DNA from: Rhizodiscina lignyota
Lineage: Eukaryota
Reading direction: 5' to 3'
NCBI GenBank assembly: GCA_010015805.1
Contig: ML978123.1
Coordinates: 1,922,001 to 1,986,000 of the forward strand
Length of the DNA: 64,000 nt
Positions 37,721 through 51,026 of this stretch are shown piece after piece. The notes under the pieces were generated by a model, which saw only the letters and a program-made list of their open reading frames with translations, was not told the origin of the DNA and did not search any database. Position 1 is the first letter of the stretch; each line of letters begins with the position of its first letter. The position numbers and the translations under genes were made by a program.

Positions 37721-39886
37721 ATGACGGCTCGCAATCAACCAAGCTACGATTTCCTCACCGGAGGACCCTCCTCACCGCACCCGCCTCCTCCCTCCAATTT
37801 CCGCCAGTCTCTAAAGGCCTCCACGACCGTGAGACCCTCCGACCCTCTCAACGAAGACCTCCGCGTCCGCGTCCAAACCCTCGAGTACGAGCTCGCAACG
37901 CTCCGCGACGAACGTGCCCTCTCCCTCGCGCAGTCACAACAAGATGTCGCCACAGCAGAGCGCCAGGCAAGCAAAGAATATGACCGCGCGCAGGCAGCGG
38001 ACGCGGCGCGACGAAAGGCGGAGGGCAGGGCCGAGGCACTAGCCAAGGAACTGGGCGAGATCCAGACGCAGAGCGTGAACGAGAAGGTCGAATTGGAGCG
38101 ACGATTAAGGTTGCAAGGCGATGAGGCTAGGGGCCTGAGGGAGGAGGTGGAGGAGGCGCAGAGTGCGCTGGCAGAGGTGGAGAGGAGTAGTGGGCACAAG
38201 ATGCGCGAGATGGAGGCGCGGTACAGCACGCTCGAGGCGGCGTGCAATCAGGTCAAAGAAGATTTGGAGGTCAGGACGAATGCGCTGCAGGCCGAGAGGC
38301 AGAAGCTTGCTCAGAAGGAGGCAGATGTGGGCAGGCTAGAGGCAGAGCTACTGGCAGCAAGGGCGAGTGGAGGAGACTCAGAGACACTGGGCTTGCTCAA
38401 GCAGCAGCTGAGCGAGCAGGTGACGCACATCAGGAAGCTGGAGATGCAGAATCGCGACCAGAATGTTGAGCTGAAGGCTTTCAGGCAGCAGAAGAAGGCA
38501 GTCGAAGTGGTGGAAGAGGAGAAGAGGGTGCTGGAAACCAAGGTTAGGATGATGGACGACCTGCGAAAGGAGTTGGGCGAGGCACAGTTCAGGAAGCAGG
38601 TCTTGGAGGACGAGAGGAGCGCCTGGACATCGTATCTGGAGCGTCAGAGCGGCCAGGATAGCGGTGACGCTCTGCAATTTGACAGTCCGGAAGACCTGGC
38701 GAGAGCGTTCATGGAAGCAAGAATGGAGAACGCGGAACTGACTGGGAAGCTGGGAGCTGTGGAGCCAGAGCTGAAGATCAAGGATGAGAACATTAGGGCA
38801 CTGGAAGAGACAAAGGCCGCTTTGGCAGATGAAATCGAGAAGCTCAAAGCTTCTGCTGGGACTTCATCTGGACCCGGAGCATCAGATGGCAAGATGCGGG
38901 CAAGATTGGAGAGGCAACGAGCGCTGGCCATCAAGGAAGTCGAATACTTGAGGGCACAGCTCAAGATGTTCGAGGCAGAGGAGAGCGAATTCCAGCCCGA
39001 GCAACACGACGAGCAAAAGGCAAAACGAATCAAAGAGCTAGAGGATCTTGTCGATGAATATCGGAAGGAACTCCAAACCGCACAGGCAGATTTATCAGCG
39101 GTAGAAGATCGACTGAAAGTACCACAATCGCCTGCCGCAGGAACTAAGCGCAAGCATGACGATGAGGAGGACGAACGCTTGGGCGAGCTTACACGGAAGA
39201 ACAGAAAGTTGCAAGACGACTTTTCTAAATTATACACTCGGGCGACAAAGCTGCAATCAGAGCTCCAAGCAAAGGAGACGCAACTCGAGGCACTGAAGGC
39301 GCCAGCTCGGACACGCATCCTCGAATTACGCAACAATCCGACCGCACAGGTCCAAAGCATCCAAACGAGCACACTAGCCATCCTGAAAGAAGAGAACAGG
39401 GGACTACAGGCTCTGCTGGAAGGGAACACAGCAGGGTTGTCCGACACCGAGAAATTTGTCCCCAAAGCCTCCCTCGACGCCATCCGCGCTGAACTATCTG
39501 AGCTCACTGCCTCCCTCAAACAAGAAAAGAAGCTCGGCCAGCGCCGCAAAGAGCTCTTCGCTGCGAAGGCAAACGAATTCCGCGACGCGGTCATGTCGCT
39601 TGTTGGATGGAAGGTCAACTTTTTGCCCAACGGGCGTGTGAAGGTATCGAATATTTTCAACAACGACAAGGAGAGGGAGGAGATGGGCGAGGAGAACAGT
39701 ATTGTCTTCGATGTGGAGAAGGAGACGATGAAGGTGTCAGGAGGGCCGGAGAGCGAGTTCGCGAAGGAGATACGGCCGCTGATCGAGTTTTGGGTTGAAG
39801 GTAAGAGGGAGATTCCGTGCTTTCTCGCGGCGATGACGCTGGAGTTTTATGAGAAGAGTACGAGGGCGAGGACGGCAGCAGCTTAG
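37721..39886 (+). CDS. MAD1: Spindle assembly checkpoint protein Mad1
   Basis: Long coiled coil; RLERQRALAIKEVEYLRAQL, RILELRNNPT, EFRDAVMSLVGW, IPCFLAAMTLEFYE. Start at 37721 preferred; ORF is open from 37601. Confidence 0.92.
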   Translation: MTARNQPSYDFLTGGPSSPHPPPPSNFRQSLKASTTVRPSDPLNEDLRVRVQTLEYELATLRDERALSLAQSQQDVATAERQASKEYDRAQAADAARRKAEGRAEALAKELGEIQTQSVNEKVELERRLRLQGDEARGLREEVEEAQSALAEVERSSGHKMREMEARYSTLEAACNQVKEDLEVRTNALQAERQKLAQKEADVGRLEAELLAARASGGDSETLGLLKQQLSEQVTHIRKLEMQNRDQNVELKAFRQQKKAVEVVEEEKRVLETKVRMMDDLRKELGEAQFRKQVLEDERSAWTSYLERQSGQDSGDALQFDSPEDLARAFMEARMENAELTGKLGAVEPELKIKDENIRALEETKAALADEIEKLKASAGTSSGPGASDGKMRARLERQRALAIKEVEYLRAQLKMFEAEESEFQPEQHDEQKAKRIKELEDLVDEYRKELQTAQADLSAVEDRLKVPQSPAAGTKRKHDDEEDERLGELTRKNRKLQDDFSKLYTRATKLQSELQAKETQLEALKAPARTRILELRNNPTAQVQSIQTSTLAILKEENRGLQALLEGNTAGLSDTEKFVPKASLDAIRAELSELTASLKQEKKLGQRRKELFAAKANEFRDAVMSLVGWKVNFLPNGRVKVSNIFNNDKEREEMGEENSIVFDVEKETMKVSGGPESEFAKEIRPLIEFWVEGKREIPCFLAAMTLEFYEKSTRARTAAA

Positions 39887-40718
39887 TTTGGATAATGCCG
39901 TCCAAGGTAGCATAAAAATGTTGCGTGGTGAGGTTAACCTAGAGGAACTTCTGCGTCTTGAGACACCATTTCACAGACAAGTCAACATCACAAAGTCAGA
40001 TCTTCCGCCAGAATCAGCAGATGGTTCTTAGAAAGGAATATGATCTCATTGAAGACTTATGGTAGTGTTTATTTAACGCGCACGCACGAATGTCCAGTTC
40101 CCTCTTCCTCAAGCGCCCGCACCAGGCCGACACGTTGATGAAAAAGAAAAAGATTCTCGAGGCAAGCTCGACGGTTTGGGTTATTCAAAAATTCCTGGCC
40201 GATCACGAAGACCAACCAAAGCGGTCAAACTATAAATAGTTTTCAACTAGCAAAAACGCGAGCTCAGACGAATCTTCACTGCTACGCGTAACGCCCGTGC
40301 ACTAGGATGAAGAGAAAAGAAGAGGAAGAGGTGAGGGGGATGCGGGAAGTTTTATAGCCTCTTCGGCGGTACGTCGGGTGGCCGTGCGCTGTGTTGCCTG
40401 GCCGATGCACGGCCACTGCTGCCTTTAGGCTTTTCGACGCTGCGCACCGGGCACTGGGTCCATGCATTGTGTTCGCCTGAGATTGGTACAGCACCTGAGC
40501 ACCGACACGGAGTGCACAGTCACAAAGCTCAGTCCAGTGATTAATTTGACTCATCAACCTGGACGCCTTGACACAGTCACGATGTCTCAATTTTGATTGT
40601 TTCCGGAATGTCGACTTTATACAAAGCTCCGTGATCGGCATCGCCTAGCCAGATGCACAATATGCAAGACAAATAAGGGAATATGCTAGCAGTCAAACAG
40701 AAGACGCAATTCAATCTT

Positions 40719-42452
40719 TTACAGCATCGGTCCCAAGTTATCCGATACCTTGAATGGAGCCTCAGTCTTTGCCTTAACCTCATCGACGGTGACGCCATCG
40801 GCAACTTCAATCAGAGTCAGGCCGTCCGTGAAGTCAACGTCGAATACACACTGTGAATGGCGTCAGTATATGGCTTTTACGCAGCTAGGGGGAAAAGCTC
40901 TTACCAAATCAGTGATGATCCTCGAGACACATGCCCTTCCGGTCAACGGGAATTCGCACTGCTTCAGAATCTTTGGTCTACCCTTCTTGTCCGTATGTTC
41001 CCTGTCGACAGTTAATTGAGAGTCCACGTGTGATATTCTTTACGAATCTTACATCGTCACTACCACCTTTGTCGCAGACGGGTTGCTGACAAGATCCATG
41101 GCACCCCCAAAGCCCTTTATCTTGCCTGGCAGCATCCAATTCGCCAAGTCACCCTTGGCACTGACCTGCATAGCTCCGAGAATAGTCAAGTTAATCCTTC
41201 CAGATCGAATCATGCCAAACGATTCATCGCTGCCAAAGCACGCAGCACCGGGGAGTAGCGTCACAGTCTCCTTTCCAGCATTGATGAGATCCGGATCCTC
41301 TTGGCCCTTTTGCGGATATGGTCCCAGGCCGAGAATGCCGTTCTCCGACTGCAGTTGTACCTCTACTGAGGAATCGACAAATGTAGGTGCAAGCATAGGC
41401 ATGCCGATACCTAGATTGGCGTACATCCCGTTCTTGAACTCTTTCGCTGCTCGTTTCACAATTCTCTCCCTCTTGCTCGCAGCATCTCCGCTGCCCAATG
41501 CGCTCATCGCCTCGTTAGGATCCTTAGCATTAATCACCTTTTCGATCTTCTTCTCCTCTGTTGCTTGAATGACTCTTTTGACATAGATACCCGGTACATG
41601 CACGTGTGCAGGCTCAATTTCACCCGGCTCGACGATATGCTCCGCCTCGACAATTGTCATCTTCGCATTCCGTGCCATTGCGCCGTTGAAGTTTGCTGCC
41701 GCATATCTGAAGACAGCGTTGCCTAATCTGTCTGCTTTCCACGCCTTAATGAATGCGTAGTCGCCCTTGATCGATTCCTCCATTACGTAGCTCTTGCCAT
41801 CGAATACTTTGACGTCTCGTGGCTCGGAGTACAATTGGATCGTTCCATCCGCGTTATGCTTCAGCGGCAACTCGCCTGTCTGCACCACAGTACCAAATGC
41901 TGCTGGTGTGTAGAAGGCTGGGATACCTGCGCCGCCCGCTCTACATCTCTCTGCAAGTGTACCCTGAGGAGTCAATTCAAGCTCCACCTCCCCCTTCAGG
42001 TACATCTGCTCAAAAACCTTGTTCTCGCCAACATAACTCGCAATCATCTTCTTAATTTGTCTCGACTCTAGCAGCAATCCAAGTCCCGAGCCAACGACAC
42101 CTGCATTGTTCGAGACTGCGGTTAGTCCAGTGATGGACGGTGTTTCCTTGACTTGGTTGATGAGCGTGTCTGGCACACCGCAAAGACCGAAACCACCGCA
42201 GAGGAGAGTACTGTCGGATTTCATGTCCTTAATTGCTTCCGCTGCAGAGGGGACGATCTTGTTTATCTCAGGGCGTCGGGAGGTCGAGGAAAAGGTGCGG
42301 GCGAGGAGGAGGGTCTTGAGGAACTATTAGAACCATTGCGATCCAGGCTCAACAGATTTGGAGGTTCTTATTAGGCATTGGGGACTCACGCGAGAAGAGG
42401 AGGTTTTGCCAAACTGCGCTGCTGTGCGCACACATAGTGATATTGACGGCAT
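40719..42452 (-). CDS. SCOT: Succinyl-CoA:3-ketoacid CoA transferase, mitochondrial
   Basis: [17 protein letters not shown]...[10 protein letters not shown] and catalytic LQSENG motifs, GGAMDLV; basic/Ser-rich presequence; 3 introns. Confidence 0.95.
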
Positions 42453-44005
42453 TGTGAATGAGCTCTTAAGTCTGAGGTCGCGTATCTACAGCTCCAACTA
42501 CCAACTTTCGCGAATTAAACACAGACAAACGAAAGGAGTGGAGAGAAAATGGGATTGAAGCTGAACAATGGAAGAGAATCCTCATCAAGAGCCATTAAAG
42601 CCACAAGCTCCAGTCTCTCCGGGTTACGGCGCGTTCGCTGATGCATCGCCGTCGTCGGCAAGCGTGACGGGACTGTCAAGGAACCGGGGGACACTATCAA
42701 AAGTTAGCTTACCTTCCATTTTCGTAGACTGGCTTCTTTGCAGGGCCTCGAGGGCCACGATCAAAAATTAGGAACGTCATATCTTCAACAGCACCTTTTC
42801 AAGCAGACAAATCCAAACTACACAGGAATCTATACCTGGAGGTACTCACACTCAACACTTTCCAATGCTGAGAAAGTCGTCGAAAATAGAAAGGTATGCT
42901 AACTTTTGACAGCGCCCTCTGAAGCGGCGAATAATCGGAGCTTTTCGTCCCCACCTGGGGTCGGCTACACGACTCGGTTCATTTCCGCGCTTTCTCATGC
43001 TTGGATGAGCCTTCTTCCGCGCAATGGAAACCTGTAGATGCGGAGTGGCCATAACTCGTTCCATCCGCGCGGACTTAGATTTATGTGCCGGAATCTGGCC
43101 GTGGAGGAACGAGCGCAGCTTGTTGGACTAAGAATCTCAGCACAGTGACTTTCTATGACTGGTTCGAGTTATCCATGGCATTGGACTTGCATTCGTCTCT
43201 GCTGTGCAGAGTACGTGGTATCAGACCTGCTATTTGTTAAGATTGAACAGTGTTTGCAGTCAAGGATTCAGGGCTCAAAGTTGCCCTCTATGTCTTTCTC
43301 TCACTCAGCAGCATCACCTTTAGGACTGACCTTTTTGAGAAGACCTCTCGTTCTACATCGCTTATATCGATCACAAGACCATGAACTTTTCAGGCTACAT
43401 AACGCGCCAGTTTCAATGGTCTGGTCGTCAACCCTTGAATAATAAGCGCCACATCTTCGGCCTCCGCAAAACAGTCCGAGTCGGTGCTTCGGTCAAGAAC
43501 AATACTCCAAATTTCGAAATGGATGCCAACCCCTCGGAAGCGGTGTCAGAGCCATCAAGTTCGCTTCTTAGTTGCAAGCAGCCTTGTCTTGTGATCATCT
43601 CGTCATTTGATCTTGCTCGAGCTAATCAAATTGAGCCGGTGGGATCATGTACAGAATTTCCTGGACATGAGTGAGACAGTGTTCGAGATGCGCTGTATCC
43701 CTTCGGCCACGCGCCGGCTTTTGGCGACTGCTATATGAGACTGCACAGAGTTTTGCTATCAATTTCGCCCGAACTATTATCAACATTGACATACTCATCT
43801 TGACCAGGAGCGGCCGCAACTCCACATATTATTGACACAGATCTCAAAAAAGGCCGGTCCAATTTCATGCTTCGGAAGCTTCCGCAGATTTCTATTATTC
43901 CGGTTCAACTCTTTAAGTATGTCTGTCAATACCGTATTGTCCTTCGTCATGGCAACTTGTATTATTAAAGGTTCCACAAAAGCAGGTACAACACGACCCA
44001 TCGAA

Positions 44006-44644
44006 ATGGCAAGCACCGGGAAAGCTTTCCGCTTCCTGGATCTTCCAGCCGAGCTTCGCCTTAGAATTTACGATCTATATGAGCCGGAAGAGCGTCTCTG
44101 CTTCACCACTGCGCCGCTAGTCAAGATTGGCAATCCATGCTATGAAGCAACCAAAGCTGTTATCTGCCTCTTTCAGGTCAACAAAATCATCAGGACGGAG
44201 GCTACCCACTATTTTTTCAGCACCAGGACACTTACACTATCCATCTACGCTCTCAAAGACTTCAGTCGCGCCTTTGGCTGCTGCCCATTTTCGATCATCA
44301 AACATCTTGATATCAGACAAGTTCCGGTTCCCCTGTCTCATGAGCTGAAGCAGGAGGGGATTGTTCTGGTGGGCGCCGGGGTGCGAAAGAATCTGAAAGC
44401 TTTCCGTTTGGTATTTAGGTCCGTTAGGGTCAAAGAGATCTCTATCGAGCTGTGTCCGTCATCTCTTTACTGCGGTCCCGACGGACGTCTCGAGGATCTG
44501 ATTTGCTTTAAGAATCTGGATTTGTTCGCGCTGAACATGGACGTTGACAGAGTTTTGAGCACGGAGGAGGAAAGAAGCCAAATAGAACAGGCCGTCCGTA
44601 GATGCGAAGGAAGGATTCGAACGAACATTTTGGCCATCGAGTAG
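44006..44644 (+). CDS. Hypothetical protein with N-terminal F-box-like motif
   Basis: FRFLDLPAELRLRIY followed by LFQVNKIIRTEA...FFS, a common fungal F-box-like architecture; ATG at 44006 is in frame with the ORF. Confidence 0.7.
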   Translation: MASTGKAFRFLDLPAELRLRIYDLYEPEERLCFTTAPLVKIGNPCYEATKAVICLFQVNKIIRTEATHYFFSTRTLTLSIYALKDFSRAFGCCPFSIIKHLDIRQVPVPLSHELKQEGIVLVGAGVRKNLKAFRLVFRSVRVKEISIELCPSSLYCGPDGRLEDLICFKNLDLFALNMDVDRVLSTEEERSQIEQAVRRCEGRIRTNILAIE

Positions 44645-45420
44645 GAAATACCACACAAAGGATCAACATATCAACAAAAACCTTCCGCGGCACGTTGGAA
44701 ATATTCGCCTCTCCGGAGTCAACTGGGTTATGAAACAAGAAGTAGACGGCACCCCTACTACCCTCACTTCCGACAAATCTCATCAAACCTCATCGACACT
44801 ACATTGGATACTGAAGCATTCCAGGCTCCGTCTATGGATATAGACTTGGAGCTATTGCGGACGCAAACGGACAGGCCGCCGAACCGAGCTTCTATGCTCT
44901 CGACCCTCAACCACCATGATAATCGCATTGCGCTGCCCTGCTGAGAGCTCGCATTATCACCGGTCGGCAAGCTCGAATCACACAGCGAATGGCAAAGACG
45001 ACTCAATCGGATTGCCTTCGAGTATTAATACGTCAACTACTCTGCTGTCCCAGCATCCACCATCTCAGACCTTGAATGACCTCGCTCGATCTCCTGCTCA
45101 TATCATTAGCAGACCTCGCGAAACCGTCTCTCACTTAAACAACAATTCAGATACCGTAAGTAGAAGTGTGCGAGAATGGGAGGAAACTCCCCCTCTTCCC
45201 GAATGCATAGCCGTAGGGCAGTTCAACAATAATAGATTACTGGTCAAAGCAAATAGGACCGAGCCTACCCAATATATTCTACATGCTCATAAACAATTCA
45301 ATCATAACAGTACTCGTCAGACTACCGCTCGTCAAAACATAACATGAACTCCTAGTAATGCAATCACGAGTCGAACAACGCCCCATGATGGTCCTAACCG
45401 CCGTACACCATTACGATGAT

Positions 45421-46871
45421 TTAATAGTCGTCTTCCACATTTCCCACCAAATCCACCATATCTTCTTCTCCGCTCTCTTCGCCTGCCTTGGTGACGAACG
45501 GATGCATCAATGCCTCTTTTGCTGTTATTCTCCTTTCAGGGTTCAACTCAAAGCACCTCTCCATGAAGCTCATCGCTTCTTTCTCATCCTTGCTCAGCTC
45601 CTCTACGCGGTTCCCACGATTATCCTTCCTTGACCGATCCGTGCTCCACAAGATGATCTTCTCGAAGCTATGCCCCACGTCTGAGTAGCTTGGTATGTTT
45701 GTTTCCATGATCTGTCCGTGCAACAGCGCAGCGTCGCGCATGCGCTTGCGTCCAAATATTGCTGTGAGCTCGAGAAGGGCGTCGATGTCGTCGGCCGAGT
45801 GGAAGAAGGGAAATCGCTTCGTCAGGAAAGTCAGCAGGATGACGCCGGCGCTCCATACGTCGATTCCTGTTGTTTGCTGGCTGCACTTGAAAAGCACTTC
45901 TGGTGCACGGAAACCACGGGTTCCAGCACGGTTCGCTCGTCGGCTATTTCGCTCGTCCTGCTTCGGGTAGCTTGGAACGGCATTGGGTGCTTTGACATAG
46001 GCGCTTGCGTAGACGCTATTGGCGATTTTCGATTTCCGCTCATAGGATTCAAGCGTGCAGTCACACTGACGCCAGTCCGTGCCTTCGCGCTCAGCCAGAC
46101 CAAAGTCGACGAGCACGCCGCGACCTTGCTTCGGAGAATAGAGGAAGTTGGTGGGTTTGATGTCGCGATGTAAAATGCCGTGATGATGCACTGCAGCTAG
46201 GGCAGTAAAGAGGCTCTGGAAGTAATTCCTCATTTCGCTGACGGTCATCTCTCGGAAGTACTCGCGAAAATCGCGGTGCTGGAAGAAGGGTAGAACGGCG
46301 ATGACTTGGTCATTGTGTCTAAAGGCAGTGATGAGTGGACAGATCGAGTCGCAATCGCGTAAGTCGTGAAGGAGTTCGAGCTCATTGAAAATGCGTATTG
46401 GGCTGCTGGTGACGTAGATTTTCTTGATCGCAACAAAGCGAGGTTTTCGCGACTGCGGACGATTTCGATGTCGTGGAGAGGACCATTTTGAGTCTCGGCG
46501 TTCGTCGTAATCCCAGGTGTTCTCAAACTCGTTATATCTAAGGTCTTCCGCCTTGTATACCGTGGAGAATGTGCCTGATGTTGCTGGTTAGCGGCCATTG
46601 TAACTTCGCGTTGTGGAAGCGGATACGGACCCTCGCCGATTCGATTGATTAGTCGATATTTTCCATTGATCTCATTGAAACTTTCCTCAAACTTTGCCAT
46701 GTCCTCTGCAACGGACTCCTCCACCTCTTCATCGCTCTCGTCTGAGGCTGCACAACCGCTACTCTCGGCCAGCGGGTCGCGACTTTCGTCAAGGACCGTC
46801 TCATTTTCGTCGCTCAGCGGCTCATCCTCATGTATCTGGATTTGTTGGTGAGCCATCCGTTGTGTGCGCAT
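45421..46871 (-). CDS. CDC7: Cdc7 (DDK) protein kinase; intron 46575..46630
   Basis: RIGEG|TFSTVYKA, HRDIKPTNFL, LVDFGLA, RANRAGTRGFRAPEVLFKC. Confidence 0.95.
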
Positions 46872-46917
46872 CTTCAATTGTTCCCAATCGTCTCATTCGA
46901 TCCTCCTCTTGTCTCGT

Positions 46918-47014
46918 ACGCGTGACATTGAAGACCAGGGATGACATCGTCTGTTGAAGTTGTCGTTCCTAGCGGTGAGCTAAACCCGATTAGGCAAAAT
47001 GTACACAGACGCGT
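46918..47014. promoter_or_regulatory. Two MCB (ACGCGT) elements in the CDC7/YCS4 divergent promoter
   Basis: ACGCGT at 46918-46923 and 47009-47014 within a ~250-bp intergenic gap. Confidence 0.6.
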
Positions 47015-47121
47015 CTTCCACTTAAACAAGCAACAACATCATCGCCCACTACATCTTGCAACGCCCTCCCTTATCGTGCAGTGGCGACAAGAAACAGCTG
47101 GTTGCCTAGCTGCTCGCAATC

Positions 47122-50100
47122 ATGGACGAACGCATCAATTTCGACATCAACGACTCACTTAAGCAATACCTAAGCGACCCCGCCTCTATCTCCACACCAG
47201 AGGCTTCCTCTGAGCTTATCGACTGCGAGAATGACCCCGAATCCCTCACAGCAACATTGATCAATACTTCTCTCAACCCTGTCGTCGACTCGGTTGCGGA
47301 GAACCCAGATGCGATAACGCGCAGCTACAACTTCGACACTCTGCAGTTTCTACTCAAGTGTGCCCCAACAGTTTCATTGTCTCAAATCAACAAGTATACA
47401 ACGGAGCCTGACTGTAAACTCTTCAAACTATCTAGATCTACATCATATATACCGCCGTCTATCCTTTCAAAAATCCTCGATGTCCTTGTCTCTGGAATAT
47501 CAACAGAAGCAGACCTGGTGCATGCGGACCTCGAGGCGGACGAGCAAGACTCGATACAACACCACAAACTGCTGCTTGAAATATTTGGCTTCCTGCTGCA
47601 ATGGGCTGTTGCTGCTGTCGAGACAAAAGCTGCCGAGAAGCCTGCATCGTCTACGGGTCCGCGTGGAAGAGGAGGAAAAGGCGGGAAGAAGTCGGGAGCG
47701 AACAAAGACGGAGGTTGGGATGCCTCTGCCCAGCTGCAGACCGCACTAGATGTGATGAGCAAAGTCCTCAAATTGAAGGTGTCCAGAATATTTGTGACAA
47801 CGTCGGAGCGGGACACATTCATCAGTCTGTTCACCCGGCCAGTGTACCTAATTCTGGAGAGTGAGGCTCGTGTCAAGAATACCACGATCCGAATGCACTG
47901 CTTCCGAGTTCTGTGCATTGCAGTAAAGCATCATGGACATGCTTTCGGTAGGTCCGTTCAATCCTATTATAATAGCACACTAATTATGTGAATCAATAGG
48001 CGCACAAACATCCATCATCCAGAATCTGTCATATTTCGAGCATCTATCGGAGCCAATGGCAGAGTTCTTACAGATCCTCTCCGAGCAATATGACTATCCT
48101 CAACTAGCCGAAGAGATCTTGAGGGAACTCAGCAACAAGGAGTTCAACAGCAACGATGCACGAGGACCGAAATCCGTTTCTACTTTCGTGAGCAAGATTT
48201 CGGAACTGGCGCCTCGGCTAGTCATCAAGCAAATGGCAGCCCTTGCGAAACTACTTGATAGCGAGGTACAGTACGCCGGCCTTCAAAGTCCGATTTTATC
48301 TGATGTCTGTTCTAGTCTTATACTTTGCGGTGTTCGATTATCGAAGTTTGTGGCAACTTGATCAGCATGCTTAGCCGACAAGAAGAGAGCGAACGAAGTG
48401 AGAACCACAAGGGACAGATGAACGCTTTCTTTGATGTCCTGGAAGAACGCTTCCTCGACATCAATCCATATTGCCGTTGCCGCGCGATCCAGGTGTATGT
48501 CAAACTATGTGACTTGGAGCAGAAGCATCCAAAGCGAAGGCAGACGGCAGCAGAATTAGCCACAAGAAGTCTGGAAGACAAGAGCAGCAATGTTCGTCGA
48601 AACGCTATCAAACTACTCGGAAAACTGGTTTCGAGTCATCCATTTGCTGTCATGCACGGTGGTCAACTGTCATTCCAAGAGTGGGATGCTCGACTTCAGG
48701 CAGTCGATGCGGAAATGAACGCACTAAAACCGCCTACGGAGTTGCAAGAGAAGCGGAAAGAGGATAATACAGTCGATGACGAATTGCTTGATGACGAGAC
48801 ACAAGTCGACAGGCCGGCTTCGCCTAAGCCATTGTCTGACGAGGAGAAGATGGCTGCTTTCAAGAAAGCTCAAGAGGAAGCGGCAACAGCAGAGATGATT
48901 AACAAGCTTCAGCTCACAAAGAGATATTATACCGAGGCGATCAAATTTATCGAAGTATTGCACGAGTCCTCACCCATCGTCACACAACTTCTTTCTTCGA
49001 AGAACAAATCTGAGGTCATTGAAGCCATGGACTACTTCGTTACGCTCGATGCGTACAAAGTTGAGACCGCCCGTACAGGCATCCGCCGCATGCTGCGCTT
49101 GATATGGACGAAGGGTAACTCCGACGAAGGAAAAGGAGTGCAAACTCATCTCATTGAGTGCTACAAAGGCCTCTTCTTCGACGCACCTGACTCGTTTAAC
49201 GCCAATGACGCCGCCAACTATGTAGCCCGGAACATGATCAGTCTAACCTTCGGCGCTACCCCAGCTGAGCTTACGAGCTTGGAACAGCTGTTGAGCACAA
49301 TGATGAAGGGTGAACTGATCAATGAGCTGGTCATTCAGAAGCTGTGGCAGGTTTATGGTGTGCAGCGGAAGGAAATCTCAAAAAACCAACGAAGAGGTGC
49401 AATCATTGTGCTAGGTATGCTAGCACTGGCAGACCCTGATATTGTTGTGAAAGAGATGGAGACTTGCCTTCGCGTCGGCCTTGGTGAGCTGGGCAGAAAA
49501 GACCTAAATTTGGCAAGATATACATGTATCGCCTTACGAAGGATCAATGCGGCTGCTGGAGGCGGGAAAGGGCCAAAAGATCCAAACGCTAAGGCCGCTA
49601 CAAAGTTGCCTAACGATCACGCCGTACTCGTCAGGCTGGCAGTGATCACTGAAGTTGTCACGGACAGCAAGGACTGGTTTGGTACTGCTGAACAATCCAT
49701 CGCTGCTATCTACGCACTAGCCAAGCATCCCGATACGCTGTGTTCAGACATCATTCGCAGAAAGACAAAGGTCGTCTTTACTCAGCCCGCGCGACGAGTT
49801 TCCAAGACACTAGAGGAACATGAAACTGGGGCTAGCGAACTGCCTTCGCCGCCGCCAGAGGAGTCTGAACTTGAGCAGCAGATACAGAACCCAGCGTTCT
49901 CTCTCTCACAGCTTCTGTTCATCGTGGGCCATGTTGCAATTAAACAGATTGTACATCTCGAGTTCTGCGAGCAAGATTTCAAGCGGAGAAAAGCGGAGAA
50001 GGAAGGCAAGAGCGCAAGCACTGCAGGTGCAGAAAAAGACAAGAGTCGAGCATCTATCGCACCGAATGCAACTGAATCTCCAAAGAAGAAGAAAGGCTCA

Positions 50101-51026
50101 AAAACAAAAGAGGACAAACAGCCGGCAGAGGAACAGGATGAGCTCGACTTGATGGCTGGCACGACCGAAGACGACTTCATGGAAGCTCTTGCTCATATTA
50201 GAGAGCGCGAGTTGTTGTACGGGCCAAACTCACTACTCGCGAACTTTGGTCCATTGGTTGCTGAGGTCTGCGCGAACAACACTACCTACGCGGACCCTAC
50301 GCTACAAGCGCAAGCAGCCCTTTGCATGGCGAAGCTCATGTGCGTCAGCTCTGAGTACTGTGAGCGTAATCTAGGCCTTCTCATCACCATTCTCGAGAAA
50401 TCGTCGGATCCTGTTGTGCGTAGCAACCTAGTCGTGGCGTTAGGGGACATGGCCGTGTGCTTCAACCACCTTATCGATGAGAATACTGACTTTTTGTATC
50501 GCCGGCTGAACGATAGTGATGCAAGCGTCAAGCGCACTTGCCTCATGACTCTGACATTCCTGATTCTAGCAGGGCAAGTCAAGGTGAAGGGCCAACTGGG
50601 CGAGATGGCGAAGTGCGTGGAGGACGAGGATAAACGTATCGCGGATATGGGGAGGATGTTCTTCACCGAGCTGGCGACGAAGGACAACGCGGTATACAAC
50701 CAGTTTGTCGACATGTTTAGCGTGTTGAGTGCGGACGAAGCATTAGATGAAGATGCGTTCAAGAGGATCATGCGATTTTTGACTGGGTTTATTGAGAAGG
50801 TACGTCGACTGGGCGGAGCAAAAGTCTATCGGAGCATTATTAACTGTGGGAATAGGACAAGCATGCGAAACAACTGGCTTCGAAGCTTGCAGCGAGACTT
50901 CCGAGATGTAGTACGGAAAGGCAGTGGAATGATGTTGCATTTGCGCTTGGGCTACTCCAACATAAGGATGAGGAGGTTCAGAAAGTTATCAGTGAAGGCT
51001 TTAAACTGGTTCAGGCACAAGCATAA
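47122..51026 (+). CDS. YCS4: Condensin subunit Ycs4/Cnd1 (CAP-D2)
   Basis: CIAVKHHGH, ERFLDINPYCR, RRMLRLIWTKGNSDEG, RSNLVVALGDMAVCF, LILAGQVKVKGQLGEMAKC; 3-4 introns. Confidence 0.95.

Noticed and set aside
37721..51026. A mitosis gene cluster (MAD1, CDC7, YCS4, with BIM1 and TOS4 nearby)
   Set aside because: Interspersed with unrelated genes; beyond the CDC7/YCS4 pair, co-location is not distinguishable from chance.
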